From: a virus
Strand: one strand, 5' to 3'
Virus record (IMG/VR): IMGVR_UViG_3300005805_000047
Span: 64,001 to 128,000 of that record
DNA length: 64,000 nucleotides
Made by a program: the position numbers and the translations under genes. The notes beneath the pieces are model-generated. The model was not told the DNA's origin. It did not search any database and saw only the letters and a program-made list of their open reading frames with translations. Of the stretch, positions 29,698-39,698 are shown piece after piece. Every line of letters begins with the position of its first letter. Position 1 is the stretch's first letter.

Positions 29698-32600
29698 ATG
29701 GCACTCATAGAGAACCCTTCCAACAAGGTGCTTGACGACCAGATACGAACTGCTATCTCAGTGGTCGCCCAGCAACTGAATACCAAAGCACGACTAGGTG
29801 CTGTTGCTCAGTCCTTTGACCCCGACGCAGTAGACGGTGATGGTGACGGCTTAGTTCAGGACGGTTCACCCTTTGAGAGACCAGCAGTAATAAGTGCCGT
29901 CAGCAAGGCTTCACAACGAATAGGTCAGTTGCTTTCCAAAGCAGGTAGAAGCAAGGAGAGTAGGGCAAGGGCATATCAGCGTAGATACTCAGGCATGTCA
30001 GCACAGGACATAGCAAAGGACGCAGTGCCTGACAGTTTTGAAGGTTGGGTCGCACTCGCTTATGAGAAGTTGAGAGTGGACAATCCAGATCTTCCACCGT
30101 TGTCACCAGACATGACACCAGATGAAGTGAAGCAAACGGTTCGCGCCTTAGAGGACTTTGTAGAAAGCGACCTTGTCTGGTTGATGACAGACGAGAAAGC
30201 GAAAGAGTTTAAGGAACTCAAAAAGACAGACAGAGCAGCCGCCTTTCGTTTAGCAGTAGACGGTGCATTTGACTTCTCGCCAGAAGCAGTCGCAAAAAAC
30301 AGAGAACTACTTGAACACGTTCTCACAACGAACCCACAATACAGAGCATTGGTGGATAAGTTCGGTCACCCATCCATATTCAGGTTTGGACCCGACCTAA
30401 ATAAGTCGCATCTCGCAGAAGGTATGTTCTCAGACTCAGCCGGTATGGGACTGTCGAAGATCGGCAATGTTCGCAAAAAAAGCAGACTACAACCCTTCAA
30501 CAGGGGACTTGGAAAGTGGTTCATGCAGGGAATCATGGAACCAGAGGTTGGTCACAGAAAGACGAAGCGTTGGCTCTCTGACAACACACCAGAAGGGCTA
30601 CTCGTACATGAGTATGGTCACTATTTAGTAGACGCAATCAAAGCACAACTCAGCGACGTCGACAATTATGAAAGAACGAAGCGTTGGCAAGCATTTCGTT
30701 TCGGTGCAGGGGCCGACTGGAAGGAAACCCTCACAGAAATCGGACACCCTGAGTGGTATGACCAATACGCCATAGAGAAACTCAAAAAGACAGAACGAAT
30801 AGAGATAACTCGCATTCGAAAGGATGTGCCAGACGAACTGCCGCACGTTCTCACGGCCTATGGTGAAACAGCACCAGCAGGGGCTTGGGCAGAAGCAATA
30901 GCGGCTCTGTTTGCCCACGAGGGTCGAAACAAAGACTTGGTTAGCCCCGGAATGGTCGAGTTGGTCAATGCCGCCCTTGAACTCCCAGAAGGAAGTGACC
31001 CCACAGAGGCTCTCTTGCCGGCCAGAAGTAAACGTGAGATTGTCCCAGACGGCTTCGCATCGCGCGGCTCGGTCATGGCGATCAACAACGAACGGGACTC
31101 ACGATACGGCGAGATACAGGATCCATACGAACTCACAGCCGAGGTTCTCGGAGATTTGGGCAAAGACGACCCGGTTGGACAAATGGTTCGCAAGTTGGAA
31201 GCCCTCAAAGACGACCCAGAACGATGGGACAAAGTCGAACCGAAGCAAAAGGCATCAATAGAGCGCAGTCTCAACCTACGTAAAGCCAACGAAGAGGAAG
31301 CCGCTCTTCTGGCCGGCGTGTTGATCAATGACCCGGCGTTTGCCGACATGATTCGACGTCACGGTATTTCTAACTACTACTTCGCCCAAGAGGACATGCG
31401 ATTCCCAATCGGGGACGGCACAGATGACGAAATTGACATACGTGGTTCTCTGTATGCAGGTTTCACGCCAGATGAAAGCGATGGTGGACGGTTCTGGCCA
31501 CCACGCATCGTGATTGACATGCTGGGACCCTCGAGCTTGGAGGAAGATCAGACGCTCGACGTTCCCATCCAGCCCGTCAGCGATGAAGAGATACGTAAAG
31601 CCAGAAAGGCCATGAACATACCCGGCGGAGTAACCAGAACACATGTGTCGAAATCGCATCAACACGTAATTCGACATGAGGGTGGACACTCGGTTCATGA
31701 TCTCCTCTGGGAACGTGTCCACCGCGGCGAAATAAAGGGTCGTCGAGCGCAACTCATCCGAGCTTACGGCACAAGCACGTGGGAAGAGTTCTACAAGGAA
31801 CTTGGCCGTCCCGACTTACTTCTTGAATACCAACGCTCGACCAAAGCCGCCAACACCATGGGTTACCCAGGCAGTCTCAAACCAGGCGATGAGATCGCCT
31901 TTATCGACAGCGGCTACGCATGGTCTAACCCACGTGAGTTTTTTGCTGAAACTTTCGCTTCATACACATCGTCAAACCCGGCGTATCGAGAGTTGATGAA
32001 TGATACGGCACTCGAACACATGCAGGCCATGCTCGGCGATGCTGATTCTGGTTCTCTCGAAGAGCCGCCGTCGGTAGATCTCGACATGCCCGGCGATACA
32101 GATGTTCCTGAGCCGCCAGCATGGGACGGGTTCGCATCATCCGGTGGAGAGAAGCCGAAGTCTTATGGCGATGTTCGACGTAACCGCATCAAGGAAGGCA
32201 AAGGAAAGTTCTCTCGATCAGATACTTTCAGAAACACCACGACGGAACAGAAAGTAGACCTCGCAGTCCCGACAAACGAGCAGGACTACATGCTTATGGC
32301 ATGGGATCACATTTTCGAGCGCTTGGGCCTCGACTACGAGACCGTAAAAAAGATTGACCTCACCGACCCGGCAAATCCCAAGTTGCCGCGCCGCTGGAAG
32401 GGTGCGCTCGACGGTCTTGATTTCTACGTGGCCCAGATGCAACGGGACATGCCAGACTTCTCGCCAGACAAGGTCAAGGCCAATAGAGACGCTCTTCGAG
32501 CATCGCTTGATGCCTTTCCTCGAATGCGTGAGGCCGCCGAGCGTCTTGGTATGCCACCACTGACGTCAATGACCGAGGCCACCAAAGAGCGGCTTGCGAT

Positions 32601-35600
32601 CGAGTATTTCCTTGCCGAGTCGAACGACATGTTCCGCAGCGGCAAAGTCCAGAACATCCGCAGCGAGTTCCTCGACATTCTCCCCGTTTATCGACAGTAT
32701 GCAGCCGGAGAAATGACCTGGCAACAGATGCTTGATGATCCAGCGGCTGCCAACTTCTCAAAATACATCCAGAAACTCCAAGACGACGGGACTATTGAGA
32801 AATACGCAAAGGGAATAAACGGCGGCTTCAGCAGAATGTCCGAAACGATACTCATGCCAGGCGATGCTTCGAATGCTTTTGTCGAGGGCAAGCGCTACGA
32901 CCCGAAGTTTGTTCCAGAGGCGGGCGACTGGGGCATCACGGGTAACTCATACGAGGAAGTATTGCTACACGAATACGCCCATTACGTTGATGCGCGGCTT
33001 AGTTCCAGATCAAAAGATGGTGACCCGGCGTCTATCAAAGACCAACTGATGAAGGGTGAACTCTTTGGCCAGGCGAACAACCACATAAAGACCAAATATG
33101 GGCAAACGAATATGAGCGAATTCGCCGCCGAGGCGATTAGTGCAATCATGTCTGGCAATCGAGATGCAGAGGAGATGCTCAGCCCAGAAGCCCGGCAATG
33201 GGCTCGACGTGTTGCCGGTTTCCCGGAGAAAGATCCGGTGTTTACTGGCCGGATACCAGGCAAAAAGCCTTCAGAGGCCGAAGTGTTGGCCGATAGGTTT
33301 GGTCAGTTATGGCGCCGCACAACAGATGGCTTGATGGAGGCGTTGGACAAGGAAAACGGTGTTCGCAGCCGCGATGGAGTTCCGGATGTTCTTGAAACAT
33401 TTGGTGATGCTGTTCGCCGAACGGGACTAAAGCCGCTTCCTGACGTCAACTTCGAGCATGAGGGACGTAAGTTCACCATGCGCGACAACGGAACCGTTTT
33501 TGAGATCGACGTCAACGGCCGCACGGTGGCCACGGCAAGCGTGGTTGAGGGACAGGGTGGCCTACCAGAACTCAACACTGTCGATGTGTTGCCGGGTTAT
33601 GAGGGTATTGCGCCGGATCAAGACCTGCACGACATGGTCGTCGATCATGCTCGAACAAAGTTCCCCTCTGCACGTGCGCCCAAACGCGCTCGAAAGACCG
33701 AAGTGGTAACAGAGGGCTTTGCATCCATGGGTCCAGAGCATCACGATGCACGTGGAATTGACGGGACTCCGGGAACACCAGAATACGCACAATCTGTGGC
33801 CACAGAGCTCGAAGCGGCACGGGCAAGCGGCAAGAAAGTGTTCTTCGACTACAACGGAGAAACCAGAGAAGTCGAAGTCACCGAAGTCTTTGAGAAGAAC
33901 GGCATCCTCTACATGAAGGGAAATGATGCACTCCGTAACGGCGAGGAACGTATGTTCCGACTCGACAGGGTGTCGATGCCCAAGCGCGTTCAGAACCCGG
34001 AGACTGGGGCCAATGAAATAGCCAAGAGACCCGGCAAACCACCACGCAAGCCTGTCCCAGTATTTACGGGTAAAGCGGCCGAAATCTTCGAGGGGGCGAA
34101 ATCTTGGGACGAAGTGGCCCAGCGATTGTCGAAAGGACGTTATGTGTTCTTTGACTTTGAGACAACGGGCATTGAAGAAGGTGAGTTTGGCGAGATGATG
34201 CATCCGGGTGCACCCACGCAGATCGGCCTCGTCGAGATTGTCGATGGCAAAGTAACCCGGCGATGGTCGACACACGTCAATCCGGGTAGGCCGCTGAGCG
34301 TTGATCCGAAAACTGGCCGCTCATGGTCAGCAGACAACCTCAAATACAAAGACCCGGTAACTGGGGAACTTGTAAACATTAGCGACGAGTGGTTGGCAAC
34401 CCAGAAGCCACTCAAGGATGCACTCGAGGAGATGCTTGAGTTCATAGGCCCAGACACCATCTTGGGTGGCCAGAACCATCCTTACGATGACGACGTAATG
34501 AAGCGGGCCTTGGCCGATGCCGGAATTGACGAGTCCCGTTGGAGTCCGGCAGGGTTCATTGACAGCCAGGCGTTGGCTCAATCATTGCTCGACAAGAACA
34601 GCGACGATTACCCGGTAAACGAGAAGGGCTCAAAGACTGTATCGCTTGGTTACCTGGCTAAGTTCCTCGGCCACGACATGGGTGATGGCTGGCATTCGGC
34701 AGATGCAGACTCGGAGGCCTCATGGGAAGCATTCAGTCGCCTGGTCAAGCGCGCCGCAGATCAAGAGAACTCCGGCAAGCCCGTAAGACGGGACTTGTTT
34801 GCTCCCGGTGGTGCGATAAAGGAACATCAAGAGCGGCTCGACGATTACGAACGTCAGAAGCGTGGATGGGACTACAAGGTAAAGAAGTATCAAGAATCCC
34901 AGGCCGCCCAATTGCCTGGTGAAAACCAAGAAGGTTTTGCCTCGACCGGATCAACTCGACGCGCCAAAAACCCGGCAAGATGGGAAACGCTCACGCCGGA
35001 AGAACGCGAAGCCGCAACCCAGGCATCGGCCCAGGCGGCAGTCAATTACATCAACGCACTTCAGGATGCCGGCATTGATGTCGCCACATTACGGGACTTG
35101 GATAGAGCAGAACTTGATTCGATACTCAGAGACCTGGTTCCAGGCGGCGAAGCACGAGTTTCTGATTACGTCACGGGTGATGGCAAGGCCCTCATTGAGG
35201 TGTCGAATGCGACCATGGGCAAAGTATTCATGTCCCTTGGATTCCATGTCCAGGTGATTAGCGACGATCCAAACGAACACCACTTGCTCGAAAATGGCAT
35301 CAACGACATGCAAAAAGCCCTGCAAGATTACGTGGCTTCGGTGGCAAAAGATCCGGATGCGTTGCTCAAAGACGTCATCTTCATGGATTGGGCCGACAAG
35401 AACGGCATCAACTTGGGTTCGCTTAAGGGAAAGAAATTGGAGAAGGCGGCTAAGAAATTTGCCGAAGAATTTGAAATTAACCTATGTCTTTATTACAAGT
35501 CTGGGTCGAACATGCTCTGCGGCGCAAACATCGGCATCGAACGTGAAGAGATGCCCCAACTCGGCGGCCGCATGAAGGGTGACGATACCTTGGCGGCAAA

Positions 35601-38600
35601 GGCAATCAAAGCCGGATTGATGGCAGCCAAAGAGATCAAACTCGACCCGGAAAAGATGGCCGAACTCGAAAAGCGTGACCCGGCAATGGCGGCTCGAATA
35701 AAGGAACTGGCCAACGCTAAGGGCGAAATTAAAAAGCAGGAGAACCTCGAAAAGATTAAAGAATTGGCCATGAGCAAGGATCCAATAGCCAAAGCAATCT
35801 TTGATTCAATGAATTGGAACGACTCAGAAGCCAATGTCGAACCAATAGCCGACAAAGCCGCTGCCGCTCTTGGCATCACCGTCGATAAACCACGTTTCGT
35901 TGACCCGGCAACCATGCTCGGGGCGCAAAACCAACTACAAGGATCGAAAGTCGAGAACATGGCAGACGGCGCAGTTGAGGCCGTACTCGAGGCGCTACCC
36001 ATACTTGAAGCCCGATTCGGACGTAAGCCAACACAAGCCGAACTCATGGATTACCTGGCCAACGAGATCAAGCACGGCCTGTTCCAACCCACGCTGACTG
36101 CCGGATTACCAGGTGGACAGACATACATGCTTGATGGACACCATCGTTGGTCGGGACTGTTGATGGCAAACAAGAAGCTCGAGGCAATGGGGCTCGACAT
36201 ACGGGTGCAACTAAACATCAAGAACTACCAGACGGACATACGTTCTGGTTTGGAACTTGGTCGATCCATTCAGGTTGCTATGGGTGTCAAGGATGCCAAA
36301 CTTTCCGGCGAGGATCCATTCGAATTCAACCCGGATGCGCCAGATTTAACCCCAGAGGAGTTTGATAACGTTGTTTCAGAGATACTTGACCCGGCGAATC
36401 TAGTCGAAAAGATACGGGAAGTTCGAGAAGGCGGCAAGTTTAGAGAAACAGAAGCAGCCGATGTTCCGGGTGGTCAAGAGGCCAGATTGGCGCCGCGAAA
36501 ACGACCCATTCAAGATGTTGTCGACGAAATTACCGGACAAGACATCGCGCTTGACCCAGAGTCCCGTGTAAAGGGTGTAAAGCCGGCTAAAACGGGTTAT
36601 CGAGCAGCCGGCAGCGGCTCCGGGTGGCAATCTGTCGAGGATCATATTGCCGTCGAGATGGAACGTGGAAACAAACTATTCGACACACACCAAGAGTATG
36701 TCGATAAGGGTTATGAGGTTGCTTGGGTTACGCACTCACCCGGCGAAGCAGGAAGATATGTTGTATCTGCCGGCGATGTGGCCGCTTGGCAATCCGGTGA
36801 AATAAAAGTTAAGCCGGAAGATATTGCTGAAGTCGACATGTCTGGGGCCATTCTGGTCGGGACTGATGGCGAAGGCGGCTTCCTCTACGCCAGGCGAAAG
36901 CAATCAAGAGCTGCCAAACAACGTGTTGAGATGCTCAAGGCCGAGGAAGATTACCTGGATCAAATGCTCAATTCAATACCAGGACAGGGCGAAGAAGCAT
37001 TCGCATCAACTAGCCGAGACAGAATAAACAAGCGCGGCCTTGTGGATAGGTTCATGCTCTTGAGAAACCCGGTAGGTGAGGAAGCGCGAGATCTAAAACT
37101 TGACGCCGGGTCAATAAATAAACCAACGGCCATGGATCCAGATAAGTTCTATCAAATAGTCGGAGATGTGCCGGGCATATCTGAATCCGACGAACTCTTG
37201 GCCACAGAGAAACTCACGTCATCACGGGTGAGAAACCTAAAGATGTATCGAGCAACCTACGCCGGCAAGAAGGGTAAAAAGAATCGAGTCTTTGGCACAT
37301 ACAAAACACGGGACGGACAGAAATACTCAATAGCCCAAGATCAAGACGGGATTGAGGGTGCCTATTACGCATACAGGGGTGATAAGAGGCTTGATGAATC
37401 TAAAAGAGTTGCCAAATTAACACTGATACTAAACGACGGCGAAAAAAACGTTCACGACTTATTCAGCATCCACGTCAACGAAGAGGACAGAAAAGCAGGA
37501 TTAGCTCAAGCATTGGTTGAGGTGGCGAAAGCAGACTTCCCAGACGCTACATTTACGGTTCAACGGGTAGTCACACAAGACGGCGCCAACTTCGCTCAGA
37601 ATCTAGAAGAAGAAGGCTTTGCTTCTACGGGCACGATCAGCGTTCCTCTTGACCTTGTCAGTGGCGGCGGCAATACAGATTCGAGTATGCGTGGCGGCGC
37701 GGCACAACGTGATCGAGAAGTGGTTCCGGATGATTGGAATACCCGGCAACAGAAGCGCATTGCCGGCGTTCGAGTTCCGGATCATCTGCGCGACGAATAC
37801 GGTGCGCCGATTCCTGGTGCGCCCATTTATCGAGAAACCATAAAGATTGGTCGAAAAAAATACACGTTTGAGGCCGATGTAAATGGCCTGGTGACCGTTT
37901 ATACGGGACGAAACTACAAACAAGTAGCACAACTGAACCTTGATCGCGGCCACTCTATGGCTGGTGGCGCTCGAGCAGAGAATCCTAATCGACATTACAT
38001 TGACTTTGTATCCGTCGACAAGAAGCATCGACGTAAGGGAATCGCAACCCAGATGGCCGTAATTGCTGAACATGCATATGGTGGCAGCGTCGAACACTCG
38101 ACTGCATTGTCTGACGCCGGGCGAGCATGGCGAGATGCTGACGTAAAGAATCGCGGTGCGGCCGCATTGCCTCTTCGAGATGGGGCGCCCACTATCGACT
38201 CGGTATTCAATGAAGGCTTTGCGTCACGCGGCAACTTCCAGCCAATCCCAACCCAAAACGAAGATCTGATGGGAGATTCATCGCTCGACCAATTGGCCGA
38301 CAAACTCAACCTAGATGAACTAGAAACCCCATCAAATGATTTCGACGAGATCGAACAAATGGCAGCACGTATTGCCGGGCGTATTGCCGGCGGCGAAGCC
38401 ACATTGGCAGAGAAACTTGGGATAACCCCAGAGCAACTCAAGGTGAGATACAGAGAATTAGCCAAAGAAATCAATGACTTTGTCGACAGATTCGTACAGG
38501 ATAAGGACGTTCGAAAAAATGTCAAGCTCGGGTACAAGATTCTTTCCAACGCCGCAATTTTGTTTGGTGCAAAAGGTATGAAAGATTTTCTCTCGACAAT

Positions 38601-39156
38601 CAATCCATCGGCCCAGGGAACCGGGTCGGGTTCGGATGCTTCGAGCTTGCTCGACATAGTGGACATAGTGCTCTCAACGGGACTCCACGATGCTCTTGTT
38701 GCTTACGGCATGAATTTCGCCAACCTAATTGCGACGGAGTATGCCGCGATGCGCTTGGTTAGCAAGCAAAAGGCGAAGGACATGATCGAAGACATACGTG
38801 CTCGAATAGAAGGAACGGGTCAAAAGATTGGAGTTATGTCGACGGAAATGTGGAACAGACTCCGGGGCGCATGGGCAAAGACACGCGCAACTGCACCGAT
38901 TCCTGCAACCACCGGCATAAAAGAGTGGATTATCGCCGGGTCATCGCCAATCTGGGCCGAAATGTCATGGTTTGATTACCAGGCAAAGAGTCGAATCACT
39001 CAACATCTTGAACCAACTAACCAGGCGATCTGGTCAAAGCTTGCCGTCAAAACTGGCCGAAGTCCCGAACTTATTGACATAGCCGCTTATCGGGCTGGGA
39101 TTGGCTATGGCAAACGACGGGTGAAGTCAAAAGACGTCGTCAGGGTGTATCTCTAA
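29698..39156 (+). CDS. 3152-aa multi-enzyme protein (3 zincins, WYL, DEDDh exonuclease, ParB-like, GNATs) with seven GFAS-type linkers
   Basis: HEYGH/HEGGH/HEYAH; RMFRLDRV; FDFETTG...HSADAD; DGHHRW; DRKAGLA and HRRKGIA. Confidence 0.9.
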   Translation: MALIENPSNKVLDDQIRTAISVVAQQLNTKARLGAVAQSFDPDAVDGDGDGLVQDGSPFERPAVISAVSKASQRIGQLLSKAGRSKESRARAYQRRYSGMSAQDIAKDAVPDSFEGWVALAYEKLRVDNPDLPPLSPDMTPDEVKQTVRALEDFVESDLVWLMTDEKAKEFKELKKTDRAAAFRLAVDGAFDFSPEAVAKNRELLEHVLTTNPQYRALVDKFGHPSIFRFGPDLNKSHLAEGMFSDSAGMGLSKIGNVRKKSRLQPFNRGLGKWFMQGIMEPEVGHRKTKRWLSDNTPEGLLVHEYGHYLVDAIKAQLSDVDNYERTKRWQAFRFGAGADWKETLTEIGHPEWYDQYAIEKLKKTERIEITRIRKDVPDELPHVLTAYGETAPAGAWAEAIAALFAHEGRNKDLVSPGMVELVNAALELPEGSDPTEALLPARSKREIVPDGFASRGSVMAINNERDSRYGEIQDPYELTAEVLGDLGKDDPVGQMVRKLEALKDDPERWDKVEPKQKASIERSLNLRKANEEEAALLAGVLINDPAFADMIRRHGISNYYFAQEDMRFPIGDGTDDEIDIRGSLYAGFTPDESDGGRFWPPRIVIDMLGPSSLEEDQTLDVPIQPVSDEEIRKARKAMNIPGGVTRTHVSKSHQHVIRHEGGHSVHDLLWERVHRGEIKGRRAQLIRAYGTSTWEEFYKELGRPDLLLEYQRSTKAANTMGYPGSLKPGDEIAFIDSGYAWSNPREFFAETFASYTSSNPAYRELMNDTALEHMQAMLGDADSGSLEEPPSVDLDMPGDTDVPEPPAWDGFASSGGEKPKSYGDVRRNRIKEGKGKFSRSDTFRNTTTEQKVDLAVPTNEQDYMLMAWDHIFERLGLDYETVKKIDLTDPANPKLPRRWKGALDGLDFYVAQMQRDMPDFSPDKVKANRDALRASLDAFPRMREAAERLGMPPLTSMTEATKERLAIEYFLAESNDMFRSGKVQNIRSEFLDILPVYRQYAAGEMTWQQMLDDPAAANFSKYIQKLQDDGTIEKYAKGINGGFSRMSETILMPGDASNAFVEGKRYDPKFVPEAGDWGITGNSYEEVLLHEYAHYVDARLSSRSKDGDPASIKDQLMKGELFGQANNHIKTKYGQTNMSEFAAEAISAIMSGNRDAEEMLSPEARQWARRVAGFPEKDPVFTGRIPGKKPSEAEVLADRFGQLWRRTTDGLMEALDKENGVRSRDGVPDVLETFGDAVRRTGLKPLPDVNFEHEGRKFTMRDNGTVFEIDVNGRTVATASVVEGQGGLPELNTVDVLPGYEGIAPDQDLHDMVVDHARTKFPSARAPKRARKTEVVTEGFASMGPEHHDARGIDGTPGTPEYAQSVATELEAARASGKKVFFDYNGETREVEVTEVFEKNGILYMKGNDALRNGEERMFRLDRVSMPKRVQNPETGANEIAKRPGKPPRKPVPVFTGKAAEIFEGAKSWDEVAQRLSKGRYVFFDFETTGIEEGEFGEMMHPGAPTQIGLVEIVDGKVTRRWSTHVNPGRPLSVDPKTGRSWSADNLKYKDPVTGELVNISDEWLATQKPLKDALEEMLEFIGPDTILGGQNHPYDDDVMKRALADAGIDESRWSPAGFIDSQALAQSLLDKNSDDYPVNEKGSKTVSLGYLAKFLGHDMGDGWHSADADSEASWEAFSRLVKRAADQENSGKPVRRDLFAPGGAIKEHQERLDDYERQKRGWDYKVKKYQESQAAQLPGENQEGFASTGSTRRAKNPARWETLTPEEREAATQASAQAAVNYINALQDAGIDVATLRDLDRAELDSILRDLVPGGEARVSDYVTGDGKALIEVSNATMGKVFMSLGFHVQVISDDPNEHHLLENGINDMQKALQDYVASVAKDPDALLKDVIFMDWADKNGINLGSLKGKKLEKAAKKFAEEFEINLCLYYKSGSNMLCGANIGIEREEMPQLGGRMKGDDTLAAKAIKAGLMAAKEIKLDPEKMAELEKRDPAMAARIKELANAKGEIKKQENLEKIKELAMSKDPIAKAIFDSMNWNDSEANVEPIADKAAAALGITVDKPRFVDPATMLGAQNQLQGSKVENMADGAVEAVLEALPILEARFGRKPTQAELMDYLANEIKHGLFQPTLTAGLPGGQTYMLDGHHRWSGLLMANKKLEAMGLDIRVQLNIKNYQTDIRSGLELGRSIQVAMGVKDAKLSGEDPFEFNPDAPDLTPEEFDNVVSEILDPANLVEKIREVREGGKFRETEAADVPGGQEARLAPRKRPIQDVVDEITGQDIALDPESRVKGVKPAKTGYRAAGSGSGWQSVEDHIAVEMERGNKLFDTHQEYVDKGYEVAWVTHSPGEAGRYVVSAGDVAAWQSGEIKVKPEDIAEVDMSGAILVGTDGEGGFLYARRKQSRAAKQRVEMLKAEEDYLDQMLNSIPGQGEEAFASTSRDRINKRGLVDRFMLLRNPVGEEARDLKLDAGSINKPTAMDPDKFYQIVGDVPGISESDELLATEKLTSSRVRNLKMYRATYAGKKGKKNRVFGTYKTRDGQKYSIAQDQDGIEGAYYAYRGDKRLDESKRVAKLTLILNDGEKNVHDLFSIHVNEEDRKAGLAQALVEVAKADFPDATFTVQRVVTQDGANFAQNLEEEGFASTGTISVPLDLVSGGGNTDSSMRGGAAQRDREVVPDDWNTRQQKRIAGVRVPDHLRDEYGAPIPGAPIYRETIKIGRKKYTFEADVNGLVTVYTGRNYKQVAQLNLDRGHSMAGGARAENPNRHYIDFVSVDKKHRRKGIATQMAVIAEHAYGGSVEHSTALSDAGRAWRDADVKNRGAAALPLRDGAPTIDSVFNEGFASRGNFQPIPTQNEDLMGDSSLDQLADKLNLDELETPSNDFDEIEQMAARIAGRIAGGEATLAEKLGITPEQLKVRYRELAKEINDFVDRFVQDKDVRKNVKLGYKILSNAAILFGAKGMKDFLSTINPSAQGTGSGSDASSLLDIVDIVLSTGLHDALVAYGMNFANLIATEYAAMRLVSKQKAKDMIEDIRARIEGTGQKIGVMSTEMWNRLRGAWAKTRATAPIPATTGIKEWIIAGSSPIWAEMSWFDYQAKSRITQHLEPTNQAIWSKLAVKTGRSPELIDIAAYRAGIGYGKRRVKSKDVVRVYL

Positions 39157-39422
39157 TAACCAAACATGGGTCGCTCTGGTGACCACTGAGCAAAGTGCTC
39201 GATCAAATAAGAGAGCGTCACCAACATCTCGTCACGGGTAGTGCTGAGAGTTTCGAGCGATTCATCCGACGTTAGTCGACCATGCTTTAGATCGTCGGCA
39301 ATGCTTTCGAGAGCCGTTCGTGGCGTAGCACCGATACTTCCATACTGCTCGATAAGCACCATGTAGAGATCGGCGAGTTCCGGCTTGTCGGTAAAGATTG
39401 GGGACAGGGAAGCCATACTCAT
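39153..39422 (-). CDS. hypothetical protein
   Basis: 89-aa ORF converging on the giant gene. Confidence 0.55.
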   Translation of the reverse strand: MSMASLSPIFTDKPELADLYMVLIEQYGSIGATPRTALESIADDLKHGRLTSDESLETLSTTRDEMLVTLSYLIEHFAQWSPERPMFGY

Positions 39423-39698
39423 AGTCTACGGGTAGATCACGAACCCCACATGAGTATTGCGACAACTATGGCTACCAATGTTGACCATAGGTATTTGCGC
39501 TTCATACAAGCTGCCCAACGCTGATTGTAAAAATATCTTCGCCGTATCGAATGGTGGCATAATCCATTCCGACATACTCGATGAACTTGGCCTCGACGAA
39601 GCCGGCTGTGTATCGCTTATTGACCCCATTTTTGAAAATGCCGAATGAGACAGGGATGGTGACCACATCATCTTTGACGTATTTCCGTGTTGCAGTTT

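Noticed and set aside
28715-29786. ORFs 28715..28903, 29068..29358, 29078..29398 and 29427..29786
   Set aside because: Their Thr/His- or Cys/Val-rich composition simply mirrors the AC-skewed low-complexity DNA
31945-31965. TFASY in the giant protein and SFASG in MTase 24499 as extra linkers
   Set aside because: Both lack the acidic-Gly prefix; the first lies inside the zincin E..AE helix
29900-38666. Many antisense and alternate-frame ORFs inside the giant gene, capsid gene, nrdJ and SNF2 gene
   Set aside because: Shadow ORFs with no motifs or RBS, fully overlapped by well-supported genes
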